NCBI GenBank assembly: GCA_003176995.1
Contig: QHBN01000123.1
Location: 11,569-75,568 of the forward strand
Source of the DNA: Candidatus Nitrosopolaris wilkensis
GTDB taxonomy: Archaea; Thermoproteota; Nitrososphaeria; Nitrososphaerales; Nitrososphaeraceae
Direction: 5' to 3'
Length of the DNA stretch: 64,000 bases
The notes below the pieces were generated by a model. The model did no database searches and was not told the origin of the DNA. It saw only the letters and a list, made by a program, of their open reading frames with translations. The translations under genes were made by a program, and so were the position numbers. Every line of letters starts with the position of its first letter. The first letter of the stretch is position 1. This document shows, piece by piece, positions 1 through 9,695 of this stretch.

Positions 1-1523
1 GATCCTATGAGATGTACAAGAAGTTCAGCACATACTGGATGGATGGGAAGGGTGCTAAGGCTCCCAACGTTATGGTAGATAAATGTGCATGTCCAACCAA
101 TTGCGGTTTATGCACAAATCACCTCTCGCATTCTGGATTGGCTAATATGATTGTTACAAACAGATGCGACCTTACATGTTGGTATTGCTTCTTTTACGTA
201 AAGAAGGGTCTGGAAGGAGCTTATCTTTATGAACCAAACTACGAACAAGTTAGAGCAATGATGAAGACGTTGAAAGCGGAAAGACCCATCGCAGGTAACT
301 CTATCCAGATAACCGGCGGCGAGCCAATGCTCAGAGATGACATAACTGAGATTATCAGAATAATGAAGGAAGAAGGCGTCGACCATGTTCAGATGAACAC
401 CAATGGTATTAAACTAGCTCTGTCGCCAGAAACTATGAGACAAGTAAGAACAGCGGGTGTGAGCAATCTTTATCTTTCTTTTGATGGTGTTACTCCTAGA
501 ACTAATCCCAAAAACCATTGGGAGGTACCGTATACATTGGAATCTGCACGTAAGTGTGGCATGACAGTAGTATTTGTTCCCACCGTAATCAAGTCAATAA
601 ATGACCATGAGCTCGGTGGAATAATCAAATACGCACAAAACAACATGGATGTAGTTCATGCAGTCAATTTCCAACCTGTCTCGTTGACAGGCAGAATGAC
701 GAAAAAAGAGCGCGAGAAATACAGAATCACAATTCCTGATTGCATTGAACGAATTGAAGAACAGACCCAAGGGGACATCCCAACTGATGCATGGTTCCCG
801 GTTCCCTCGTGCATGCCTTTAACGAATGTAATTGAAGCTTTCAGCAAGAAACCAAAATACGAGCTTTCAATTCACTTTGCATGCGGTGCAGGAACTTATC
901 TATTTGAGGACGCGCTGACTAAGAAGTTAATACCTCTTACCGCATTTGTCGATCTTAAAGGTTTATTAGAATACTTTGAAGAAAAAGCAGATGAAATTAG
1001 ATCAGGTTCCAATAGATACTGGACGACGCTACAAGTAGTACGCAAGTTGAACCAATTCGTTGATAGAAGCAAGCAACCAGAGGGTCTCGATCTTGCAAAG
1101 ATGTTTTCAAGTATACTACTAAAACGAAACTTTGATTCAGTCGGTTCATGGCACGGAAGATCGCTATTCTTAGGAATGATGCACTTTCAAGATAAGTACA
1201 ACGAAGATCTTGAAAGGTTGCAAAGGTGTGATATTCACTACCTGACTCCAGATCTAAGAATTATTCCGTTCTGTGCCTTCAATGTTATACCTGAGTGGTA
1301 TAGAGATCGAATTCAAAAGAAATTTAGCACTCCCGTTGAAGAGTGGGAAAAGGCACACGGCCAAACTCTGGAAGCTGGCCTCTATAGGGGACTAATGAGA
1401 AAAGGTAAACCCGAAGCCCAGATGGGTTGTGCGGTATCAGAAATGCACAAGGCAGCAGCTGAGACATCAGGTGTAGAGGATCACAAGGGCGTTGAGCTTC
1501 GCAATGGCATGGCTGGTGCGTAA
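1..1523 (+). CDS. tes: Tetraether lipid synthase Tes (MJ0619-like radical SAM, GDGT synthesis); 5' end outside the window
   Basis: CPxxCGLCxxH motif, radical SAM CxxxCxxC (NRCDLTCWYCF), TGGEP, LxFDG, VNFQPVS, HFxD.YN.D..R..RC.IHY and PFCAFN. The frame is open to the window edge and the N-terminal Fe-binding domain is missing. Confidence 0.88.
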   Translation, partial: SYEMYKKFSTYWMDGKGAKAPNVMVDKCACPTNCGLCTNHLSHSGLANMIVTNRCDLTCWYCFFYVKKGLEGAYLYEPNYEQVRAMMKTLKAERPIAGNSIQITGGEPMLRDDITEIIRIMKEEGVDHVQMNTNGIKLALSPETMRQVRTAGVSNLYLSFDGVTPRTNPKNHWEVPYTLESARKCGMTVVFVPTVIKSINDHELGGIIKYAQNNMDVVHAVNFQPVSLTGRMTKKEREKYRITIPDCIERIEEQTQGDIPTDAWFPVPSCMPLTNVIEAFSKKPKYELSIHFACGAGTYLFEDALTKKLIPLTAFVDLKGLLEYFEEKADEIRSGSNRYWTTLQVVRKLNQFVDRSKQPEGLDLAKMFSSILLKRNFDSVGSWHGRSLFLGMMHFQDKYNEDLERLQRCDIHYLTPDLRIIPFCAFNVIPEWYRDRIQKKFSTPVEEWEKAHGQTLEAGLYRGLMRKGKPEAQMGCAVSEMHKAAAETSGVEDHKGVELRNGMAGA

Positions 1524-1553
1524 CAACAATATGCGCTCGTCTGCGTAAATCCT

Positions 1554-1563
1554 CTCCTTTTTT
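1554..1563 (+). terminator. Pyrimidine/T-tract archaeal terminator after tes
   Basis: CTCCTTTTTT about 30 nt after the stop codon. Confidence 0.4.
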
Positions 1564-1721
1564 CTAGAATAACGTTTGCAATGTTCTCATGTTATCCACA
1601 TTGATCGAGACCATGTCCAGTGTGATAGCCGTCATGGTATATCTGGCAATTGAAATGCACAGTGCTACCTTCGCTATTTAATTGCGATAAGGTTTAATTG
1701 AAAGGAGTGGTTGCTTCCCCT

Positions 1722-2582
1722 ATGCCCACTATGAAATATATACAACTCGAACCTCAAGCGGACATTGCTATTATCAAGATTAATAGACCAGAAGCCCTAA
1801 ATGCTCTCAACACTGATGTTATTCTTGAATTATCGCGTACAATTGACATCGTCGGCGTAGACGACGGTATAAAAGCTGTAATTATCACGGGTGTAGGCGA
1901 ACGATCTTTCTGTGCAGGCGCAGATATCTCATATATGGTCAATATTACACCGATCATAGCCGAAAAATATGCTTCAGCTGCGCAGGATGTCCTCAACAAG
2001 GTCGAGAAATTAGAAAAACCCGTTATCGCCGCAATTAATGGATTTGCGCTAGGTGGGGGTTGTGAATTGGCTATGGTTTGCGACATTAGAATAGCTTCCA
2101 GTAATGCCAAGCTCGGACAACCCGAAGTCACGATAGGTATCCCTCCAGGTTGGGGAGGAACTCAGCGATTGCTAAGAATTGTCGGCCCGTCAAAGGCAAA
2201 AGAGCTGATCTTCACAGGTAAAACGCTATCAGCCGAGGAGGCAGAGCAGATTGGATTAGTTAACAAAGTAATATCTTTAGGACAGGATGATGTGTTACCA
2301 CCAGATGCTCCAGATGGGGACAGTGTCAAAGAAAAAGAAAGGTCAAATCAAGTTGCTCGGATCCTCAACAAGAAGCTAATGGAAGAATGCCTCGCACTAG
2401 CGAGACAAATCACAAAGAATAGTTTCATTGCTGTAAAAACTAGCAAAATACTAATCAACAAGGGGATGGATGCAGATATAAATACGGGACTGCGCTTAGA
2501 AATCTACGGCTGGGCATTATGTTTTGCTCATGAAGACAGGGAGAAGATGATGTCTGCATTTCTAAACAAAGGAAAGAAGTAG
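1722..2582 (+). CDS. Enoyl-CoA hydratase (3-hydroxypropionyl-CoA dehydratase/crotonyl-CoA hydratase of the 3HP/4HB cycle)
   Basis: INRPEALNAL, FCAGADI, GFALGGGCEL and GQPEV..G..PGWGGTQRL crotonase motifs. Start could be 1698, 1722 or 1731. Confidence 0.88.
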   Translation: MPTMKYIQLEPQADIAIIKINRPEALNALNTDVILELSRTIDIVGVDDGIKAVIITGVGERSFCAGADISYMVNITPIIAEKYASAAQDVLNKVEKLEKPVIAAINGFALGGGCELAMVCDIRIASSNAKLGQPEVTIGIPPGWGGTQRLLRIVGPSKAKELIFTGKTLSAEEAEQIGLVNKVISLGQDDVLPPDAPDGDSVKEKERSNQVARILNKKLMEECLALARQITKNSFIAVKTSKILINKGMDADINTGLRLEIYGWALCFAHEDREKMMSAFLNKGKK

Positions 2583-2609
2583 AAGTCAATAGGTGCTGCC
2601 TTACTCATA

Positions 2610-3575
2610 TTAAGGGTCTACTAGTACTCTTGCTCCTTTGCTGGCGTGGCATGCTAAGGTTCTGCTTTGGACGTTCGCTTCTTTAAACCCTTCACTCATA
2701 GAATCTGCTACACGTTTTCCAAATTTGTCATTTTTCAAAAATGAAATCATGGATGGACCGGCTCCGCTGATAGTGACAGCAAGGGCTCCAGCTTTTAGTG
2801 CCTTCTTTTTGACTGCGTCATATCCAGGAATCAAATCCTTTCTATGTGGCTCGACTATCATATCGTCAATTCCTCTGGTGATCATTTCAACATCTTTCAA
2901 GAGAAAACCTGCAACAATTGTACTGGCATTAGAAACATTATGAACGACACTCTTCAACGAAACATTCTTGGGTAGGACGCCTCGTGCGACTTCAGTCTTT
3001 TTGTAGGGGACTTCGATTAAAGGAATTGCAATTATCATGAGGAGATCTTCAGGGGGAGCTAATTGGATAAATTCTAATCGCGGACTGGTCCTGACAATCA
3101 CAAAACCGCCGAGTAATGAACCCGAAACATTGTCGTAGTGTTTGGCACCTGCACTGACTATTTCCCCTTGAGCTGCGTATTCGACCAGTTTAGTTTTTTC
3201 GATTTTAAGGTCAAATAGTCTGTCGAACGCAACTGCCGCGGCCACAGCCGATGCGGCGCTACTCCCAATCCCCATCCCTGCCGGGACTTTTTTCTCAAGA
3301 TTGATATCCAAATTATTCTTTATCCTAAAATCCTGCGACATCTTTTTGACTACCACGCCTGCACAATTGTCTTGCACGCTTGAAGGTACGCTTTTTATAG
3401 CCTCGCCAGAGATCCTGATCGTTATCTGTTCTGACCTCTCTGAGCGTGTAGTTATTCTGACTTTATCTTCAAAGGCGTCAAGACCCAAACCAAAGACATC
3501 AAAACCTGGTCCTAAATTGGCTGTAGAGGACGGTGCTGCGGCGGCGACAGACGTTGATCCTAATTTGTGGATCAG
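2610..3575 (-). CDS. thrB: Homoserine kinase
   Basis: APSSTANLGPGFDVFG (upstream of the ORF-track start), PAGMGIGSSAAS, HYDNV, ISGAGPS. Start inferred at CTG 3575, overlapping the upstream stop. Confidence 0.92.
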   Translation of the reverse strand: MIHKLGSTSVAAAAPSSTANLGPGFDVFGLGLDAFEDKVRITTRSERSEQITIRISGEAIKSVPSSVQDNCAGVVVKKMSQDFRIKNNLDINLEKKVPAGMGIGSSAASAVAAAVAFDRLFDLKIEKTKLVEYAAQGEIVSAGAKHYDNVSGSLLGGFVIVRTSPRLEFIQLAPPEDLLMIIAIPLIEVPYKKTEVARGVLPKNVSLKSVVHNVSNASTIVAGFLLKDVEMITRGIDDMIVEPHRKDLIPGYDAVKKKALKAGALAVTISGAGPSMISFLKNDKFGKRVADSMSEGFKEANVQSRTLACHASKGARVLVDP

Positions 3576-4330
3576 TCTTTAACTTCCTCTCCCTGACTGA
3601 CAATTCTCGCTAGAGCAGCCGACAAATTGATCATGCCATTCAAGGTCATACTTGAAACGGCTATAAGGTTCTGATGAAATCCGCCCTTACTCATACTCCT
3701 GACCAGATCTTTGCTCAAAAGAGAATATTCTGCATCCTTCTCATTGTCGAGAGAAGATTCTAAAGAAAGCGCAGAAGACGACCATTTCAGAATGTCTTTC
3801 AATTTGTCAACAACGAGGTCACGTTTGGTTAAAATATTAATCTGCGCAATCTTTAATCTCAATCTAACTGATGATGCAAGTAGTCCTATTGAAACAAAAT
3901 TAATCGGAGATGAAACTAGCATCCCATCATATATGAACAAAGTAACCTTATTGTCTGCTTGAAAATTCGATACAAAATATGGACCGCTTGCTCTGAAGGC
4001 GAATAGCTCTATCTGTCCTGGTGTATCAATCAGGATATAATCAGGATTCAAATTGTTCACTTCCTCTTGAATCTCATCTAACCTTGTTGCGATCATATCG
4101 CTTGCCATAATTAATGAACCATTTGGTCCAAGGTCATAGGTTTCCATCAAAGTGTTTATATCTATATAGTCTCGGACGTCTACATCAGGCTTATATGGCA
4201 AATTTACGACCCCAGGGTCGAGGTTAATACTAATCGGAAAGGATTTGTGATCCACATACCATTGAAGCAATCTCGACGTAAGGAGTGATTTTCCAGATCC
4301 CGCGGTACCAGTAATAAATATTGCATTCAT
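3572..4330 (-). CDS. GPN-loop GTPase
   Basis: GTAGSGKS Walker A, NLDPG, LGPNG, DTPGQIELF. Confidence 0.92.
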   Translation of the reverse strand: MNAIFITGTAGSGKSLLTSRLLQWYVDHKSFPISINLDPGVVNLPYKPDVDVRDYIDINTLMETYDLGPNGSLIMASDMIATRLDEIQEEVNNLNPDYILIDTPGQIELFAFRASGPYFVSNFQADNKVTLFIYDGMLVSSPINFVSIGLLASSVRLRLKIAQINILTKRDLVVDKLKDILKWSSSALSLESSLDNEKDAEYSLLSKDLVRSMSKGGFHQNLIAVSSMTLNGMINLSAALARIVSQGEEVKD

Positions 4331-4681
4331 ATATCAGGATGACTCATTACCGCATCTTTGTATATTTACTTTCTAACTCCATGGAATTTTTTTAGTCTAC
4401 CTAGCCCTTCTTGTCAAGTCCCCTCAGTTCTAAAGTTATTTTCCATGCTACAAGGGGAATTCTTCATCAGACTTGGCTGTGATAACATGCTCACTTGGAT
4501 TCTTCTGAGTTTGATAGCAGAGTGCCTCTTAAAAGAATAAATCATGGATATTTTAGCTAATATCTAGACCGCGGTAACAGCAGTGGCTCAAGAGCCTGCG
4601 TCAGAGTAATATTCAGCACGAGGTTAATTTTCATTCAATTAATTATTATATGTCTAACTTTTATCAATTAACTGACCGCTT

Positions 4682-5773
4682 TTGAACTGGAGACTGCTCG
4701 CCATACCTGCAAGTATTGTTCCGTTGCTTATAATGATCTTCTCTACTCATGTTTCTCCCACCAATATATTTGCAGTAGGGGTCATTCCTTTTGTAATGTC
4801 GTCAATCTCAGTAATAGGTAAAATCATGCTTCAGGCGCTTCGGTTCGACTATTTTATCCGAAAATTTATAGGACCTAACGTGTCCTCTACTGGAAAAATA
4901 ATATCGGCCAGATTAGCGGGCGAATTCATAACGCAAACAACGCCTTCTTACGTAGGAGGAGAACTAGTTAGAATCGCTTTCTTAACCAAAAACGGCGTCC
5001 CGACTGGGAATGCAGCATGGATTACCACAATGGAGATTATTGCCGACGTTTTTGTCGGGACTATTCTTGCCTTCATTGCAGGTGCCCTAGCAATTTACAA
5101 AGGGGGTGACTTTATTGGCATTGCCGTCATTCTAGTTGCGGTTCCGACATTCGTTTTTTGGCTTCTGCTGGTAGTGTTTTCTGCAAAACGCACCCTTCGA
5201 TTGCCTTCTTTTTCTTTAAAAGTGCTACAAAAGATCATTGCAAAGCAAAAAGCAGAACGACTTATTAACACGACCAATACTGCCATATTTGACCTATGTA
5301 AAATGAGTAGGCAGAATTTTAATTCTGTAAGGGCTGTCAAAATTTTTGCCGTCGGGATCGCAATAACATTTATGGCGTTCTTGCTGCAGGGTGCCTCATT
5401 CCTGATATTGGCAAATGCTGTAGGCTTTAGGCTGGGTGTATTTGATTCTCTGATGGCAACTTCTGCATCTACTGCGTTGTCAACATTACCAATTACAATA
5501 GGAGGTTCTGGACTTGCAGAACTAGGGATTTGGGCATATACTTCTCATTTTACGGGGATCCCGTCTTTTGCAAATGTAGTCAATGATTCACATTTGAGCT
5601 TGATTATAGCATGGAGAATAGCATCATATCATGTGCCCCTGCTGATAATGTGGGTTGCACTCATGAAACTAACGATGACGAAAATTTCTATTAAATCGCT
5701 AACAAAGAAAAATAATTTATGGGATATCACTCATAAGACCTCTACTGACGAATCTGAAGGCACTATAGAGTAG
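4682..5773 (+). CDS. Lysylphosphatidylglycerol synthase TM/flippase-like (UPF0104) membrane protein
   Basis: Multiple TM segments, TPSYVGGE, P.T.GG.G..E and WR..SY motifs. Confidence 0.75.
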   Translation: MNWRLLAIPASIVPLLIMIFSTHVSPTNIFAVGVIPFVMSSISVIGKIMLQALRFDYFIRKFIGPNVSSTGKIISARLAGEFITQTTPSYVGGELVRIAFLTKNGVPTGNAAWITTMEIIADVFVGTILAFIAGALAIYKGGDFIGIAVILVAVPTFVFWLLLVVFSAKRTLRLPSFSLKVLQKIIAKQKAERLINTTNTAIFDLCKMSRQNFNSVRAVKIFAVGIAITFMAFLLQGASFLILANAVGFRLGVFDSLMATSASTALSTLPITIGGSGLAELGIWAYTSHFTGIPSFANVVNDSHLSLIIAWRIASYHVPLLIMWVALMKLTMTKISIKSLTKKNNLWDITHKTSTDESEGTIE

Positions 5774-5810
5774 AAAACATATTCGCTTATGGTTCAGTCC
5801 CTATAAAAAA

Positions 5811-5900
5811 TTTAACGGCCGAGTAGTTCTGATCACAGGGGGAATCGGGAAACAGGTGTCAATAGATTTTGCAAATAACGATACAAGAGCGGTCTGTAAG
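5811..5900 (+). pseudogene. Remnant of a short-chain dehydrogenase N-terminus
   Basis: Translates FNGRVVLITGGIGKQVSIDFANN (shortened Rossmann TGxxxGIG); no start codon and no continuation. Confidence 0.4.
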
Positions 5901-6066
5901 AAGTTTGCGGGGCAGCAAATTCTCCTCGGCTGGAAGTTACGGTGCCATTTTATTTTAGGGCGGCTGTGCGGTTAAAGCAGACCCCTCCCGTATGTAGTCA
6001 ATCCTATCATGGGCACTGCTTCTAGAGAGAAACTAAAGTAAGCCCTGCTGTACTGAGCATTGTTCT

Positions 6067-6519
6067 CTAGACCTCGTCGATATCATTTCCGGCTTCCGTA
6101 GACATTGGAGGAGAGAAAGAGACATCAGATTCGATTTCCATGAGCTGCAAGTCCTCCAGCTCGAAACGGTAAATTGCATCCATATCAAGCGAAAATTTTG
6201 TTTTCAAAAATTCGACGAGTCTAATACTTAATTCCCCTTTGAACATCTTTATCTCAAATTCATATACGACTCCTTTCATAAACTCGCCAATACTCATAGA
6301 TTTAGGAACATCTAACCCCTCGATGATAGTCCTGTTGTCAGGCAGAGGTTCGTAAAGCTGGATATCAATTTTAAAGTCGTTCTCATAAGTATCAAGAATA
6401 TATCCTGATCTTTTAATAACTTGTTCATCTCCAAACTGAACTGATTTTATTTCGTGTTCTGCCCATTCAGGCAGCTTTTCTTCACTCGGTTTGTTAGAAT
6501 CAGCTTTAGCTCTGCCCAT
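6067..6519 (-). CDS. Hypothetical protein (acidic, 150 aa)
   Basis: Natural composition; TATA-like tract about 25 nt upstream. Confidence 0.7.
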   Translation of the reverse strand: MGRAKADSNKPSEEKLPEWAEHEIKSVQFGDEQVIKRSGYILDTYENDFKIDIQLYEPLPDNRTIIEGLDVPKSMSIGEFMKGVVYEFEIKMFKGELSIRLVEFLKTKFSLDMDAIYRFELEDLQLMEIESDVSFSPPMSTEAGNDIDEV

Positions 6520-6818
6520 ATTATCTATTTACGAGTAAAATTAAAAAATCCTTATCTTGAAAGGGTGCAGACATACTCTAATTAGCTCCTTAATTAGCAC
6601 AACAATTTATTAACTGCTCGATAGCTTGACTCGTATTTAATAGGCCTTTACTCTTAGCATATTGCTCTACGATTTTTAACTGTTCAACGTTCAGGCAAAT
6701 AGGAATAATTTTTTTGGAACTACGGTTCATCTTTCAATGCAAATGGGACTAGACAGGGATTATATTCGTTACTATGTACATAAACCCATATATGCACGCA
6801 CCTGGTGGATTGTCTCGC

Positions 6819-9575
6819 TTATCCAGAAACGCAGCTGCTAAAGCCGCATTCTATGCACATATCGCATCCTTCAGTCATTATTAAATTTGCTCGACAAGAT
6901 GGGCAGAATTCGTTCTCAGTTAACCCATATTGTAAGCTTAAAGGATGTGTCTGTAGAGAGGCGCTCGTAGGTTCGATTTTCGAATGTTGTTGGCGTTCTT
7001 CGTTGAGTATGCCTTTTTCGAGGAGTTCGTCCGAATCTGGTCTTTGTATGTCCTTGAAAATTTTTTCTAATGCCTCTAGAACATAGGGTTCCGAAATATT
7101 TTCACGTATGTAGTCGATTGCATACCGACTCGGAGCAACAATGAACCTCCGTTCCTTAGTGTTTTCACCGGTAATGTGTAGAACCTGCTCGTGTCTTGAG
7201 CCATCTCTGTATACCGTAACTCCCTTTAGGCCAAGATCATGTGATAGAAGATACGCACATTTTACGTCTTCTGCGGTTACATCTCCAGGCATATTGATGG
7301 TCTTGGCAATTGCATTAGCGATCCACTTCTGCCATATGGCCTGAGCCATTAAATGGTCAGTCCAGTGGATATCGATTGCAGTCACGAAAATCTTCTGCAT
7401 CCATCCAGGGATCTCAGGTAGCCCACGCCCCGAACCATAATTGTTTGCAATCTTACTAAGTATTTCATCGTCGTACAAACTATTTTCTCGCAATACGGCT
7501 TCAAACACTCTATTGGTATAAAAGAACCTGCCTACAGTGACGCGTTTTTCAAAAGCCACGGCAAATATAGGCTCAACACCATTCGAAGTGTCGGCAATCA
7601 TCGACAAAGTACCTGTAGGAGCAATAGTTGAGGTCCAAGAGTTTCTGATCCCGTGTTTCTTGATCTTTTCAATGAGCGAATTCCAGTCATATGTATGCAT
7701 TTCCTTTGGTAGTTCGTAGTAGCCTGCGACCGGGATCTTGCCCTTGACGTAATCTGTCTCTTCCAACAGCGGAAACGCGCCTCTTGCCTTGGCTATAGCA
7801 ACACTCTCTTCCATGCTGTAGTATGACATAGTTTCTGCCAGTTTATACATGAATTCATAGCCGTCTTCTGAGTTGTAAGGAATTCTAAGCAAGAAAAGGA
7901 GATCCGCTAGACCCATTATACCGAGACCAATTCGTCTAGTGAGCTTGGTGTTCGCATCAATCTCGTCGACAGGATACTTGTTTATATCAATTATATTGTC
8001 TAGAAATCGTGATGAGAGTCTAATAGCTTGCTCGTACCTTTGCCAGTCGAATTCATATCTCCCATCTGCCTTACGCTTTACAAAGTTCGCCAGATTTATT
8101 GAGCCCAAATTACAGGATTCATTTGGATAAAGTGATTGCTCACCGCAGGGATTTGTGGCGCGTAATGGTCCACCCTTAGCATTGATACACGGATTGTATT
8201 TATTTATGTTGTCAAAGAAGATAACGCCTGGTTCAGCACTCTTCCATGCGCTGAACGAGATTAAATCCATTAAGGCATGTGAATCAATTTGTTTTATCGG
8301 CTCACGGGTCCGGGGGTTGCGTAATGTATATTTAAGGTTTTTGTCCTGAGTTACGAGGGATCGCCAAAAATCATCCCAGACCCCGACGCTTACGTTAAAG
8401 TTTTCGAATACGCCAGGTTTTGTTTTGGCTGTTACAAATTTCTCTACATCTGGATGCCATACCTCCAAAATACCCATATTCGCACCTCGTCGCTTTCCGC
8501 CTTGCTTCACAACATCAGTGATCGTGTCAATAATCCTCATGAATGAGGTGGGCCCAGATGCAACACCAGAAGTTGATGCGACAATGTCTCCTTCAGGTCT
8601 TAGGTCGGAATAGTTTATTCCGACTCCTCCCCCTGATTTGAAGATCATTGCAGCATCAGTCGATGATTTCATGATCCCTTGCATGTCATCTGGCATATCG
8701 AGAACAAAGCAGGCTGACAGCTGACCTAGCCGGCCGCCTGCATTCATTAACGTTGGAGTGTTCGGAAGAAAGTCTCGTGACACCATTAGATTGTAATATT
8801 CTATTATCCTTTCTCCGTACGCTGCAAATTTACCTTCAGCGATTAGTCTAAGTAATTCCCTAAAAGTGATTTTCATATGCTCTTGCTTCGCAAGATCAAT
8901 ATAATGCCTAATCATCGCTTCAAAATGATATTTGTTCAAATAGTATTTGCCTATTTTGAGCTTAAGATCAAAGTCGTTTAATTTGGAATAATATTTCTCT
9001 GCTTCCTCTACACTTCGGTTATAATTCTTGTCTCTCGACAAAGCAAACAGACGAGAGTCATGCATGATGTCTGGGATCGCTACGAGAATAGCTACTCTTT
9101 CGAACATTTGCTTTGGACCCTCTACTATTTCATTATTACCATCCCTCAGCAAATATCGAGCAGCTAAAACCCTTAGAGAATTAATGTCAAAGGCCTTGTC
9201 TACTTCATCGAGGACCTTCTTGTTTAAAATCTTCATCTTCTCGTCGCGAAGTTTACGTCTCTCGTGTCTGTAGAGAATGTACGCTTTTGCTGTATCAGAC
9301 AGACCTTCTTCTATGAGTATTGATTCCACCACGTCCTGAACGTCCTCTACACTTGGGATTTCGGTCGATCCATAGCCATGATGAATCATCTTTTGAACTA
9401 CTTTGTTGGCCAGTTTTTCCGAGAGCGAAAAATCCGGTTTACCAGTAGCTACAAGAGCTTTGTAAATTGCATCCGATATCTTGAGTGGTTCAAAATTGAC
9501 CTCTCTTCCGTCTCTTTTTCGTATACGAATAATCAAATTCTTCTTCTGGTCATTAAACTCAGTGACGCCTGCCAT
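6819..9575 (-). CDS. nrdJ: Adenosylcobalamin-dependent (class II) ribonucleotide reductase with N-terminal ATP cone and C-terminal Zn ribbon
   Basis: KRDG ATP cone, PNTPTLMNAG, LSACFV, QGGKRRGANM, TNPCGEQ, IAPTGTLS, VYRDGSR, terminal CPxC..EGC..C..CG.S.C. Confidence 0.95.
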   Translation of the reverse strand: MAGVTEFNDQKKNLIIRIRKRDGREVNFEPLKISDAIYKALVATGKPDFSLSEKLANKVVQKMIHHGYGSTEIPSVEDVQDVVESILIEEGLSDTAKAYILYRHERRKLRDEKMKILNKKVLDEVDKAFDINSLRVLAARYLLRDGNNEIVEGPKQMFERVAILVAIPDIMHDSRLFALSRDKNYNRSVEEAEKYYSKLNDFDLKLKIGKYYLNKYHFEAMIRHYIDLAKQEHMKITFRELLRLIAEGKFAAYGERIIEYYNLMVSRDFLPNTPTLMNAGGRLGQLSACFVLDMPDDMQGIMKSSTDAAMIFKSGGGVGINYSDLRPEGDIVASTSGVASGPTSFMRIIDTITDVVKQGGKRRGANMGILEVWHPDVEKFVTAKTKPGVFENFNVSVGVWDDFWRSLVTQDKNLKYTLRNPRTREPIKQIDSHALMDLISFSAWKSAEPGVIFFDNINKYNPCINAKGGPLRATNPCGEQSLYPNESCNLGSINLANFVKRKADGRYEFDWQRYEQAIRLSSRFLDNIIDINKYPVDEIDANTKLTRRIGLGIMGLADLLFLLRIPYNSEDGYEFMYKLAETMSYYSMEESVAIAKARGAFPLLEETDYVKGKIPVAGYYELPKEMHTYDWNSLIEKIKKHGIRNSWTSTIAPTGTLSMIADTSNGVEPIFAVAFEKRVTVGRFFYTNRVFEAVLRENSLYDDEILSKIANNYGSGRGLPEIPGWMQKIFVTAIDIHWTDHLMAQAIWQKWIANAIAKTINMPGDVTAEDVKCAYLLSHDLGLKGVTVYRDGSRHEQVLHITGENTKERRFIVAPSRYAIDYIRENISEPYVLEALEKIFKDIQRPDSDELLEKGILNEERQQHSKIEPTSASLQTHPLSLQYGLTENEFCPSCRANLIMTEGCDMCIECGFSSCVSG

Positions 9576-9600
9576 TCCGTTATTACGGCATGCTAAATAG

Positions 9601-9608
9601 ATTTAAAA
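9601..9608 (-). promoter_or_regulatory. TATA box of nrdJ
   Basis: TTTTAAAT on the minus strand about 27 nt upstream of ATG 9575. Confidence 0.5.
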
Positions 9609-9695
9609 GTATTAGCTTCCTGAAAAATAATTGGTTAATTTGAAAAGGGGAATAAAAACATATTTGACTCAATTTGTACTCATTGTTCAAAATAG

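Noticed and set aside
4358-4540. 60-aa ORF in the GPN/flippase divergent gap
   Set aside because: No coding signal or motif.
6819-9575. Possible intein in nrdJ (insert between FERVA and PNTP)
   Set aside because: No C/S...HN splice motifs or LAGLIDADG; it looks like a structural insertion.
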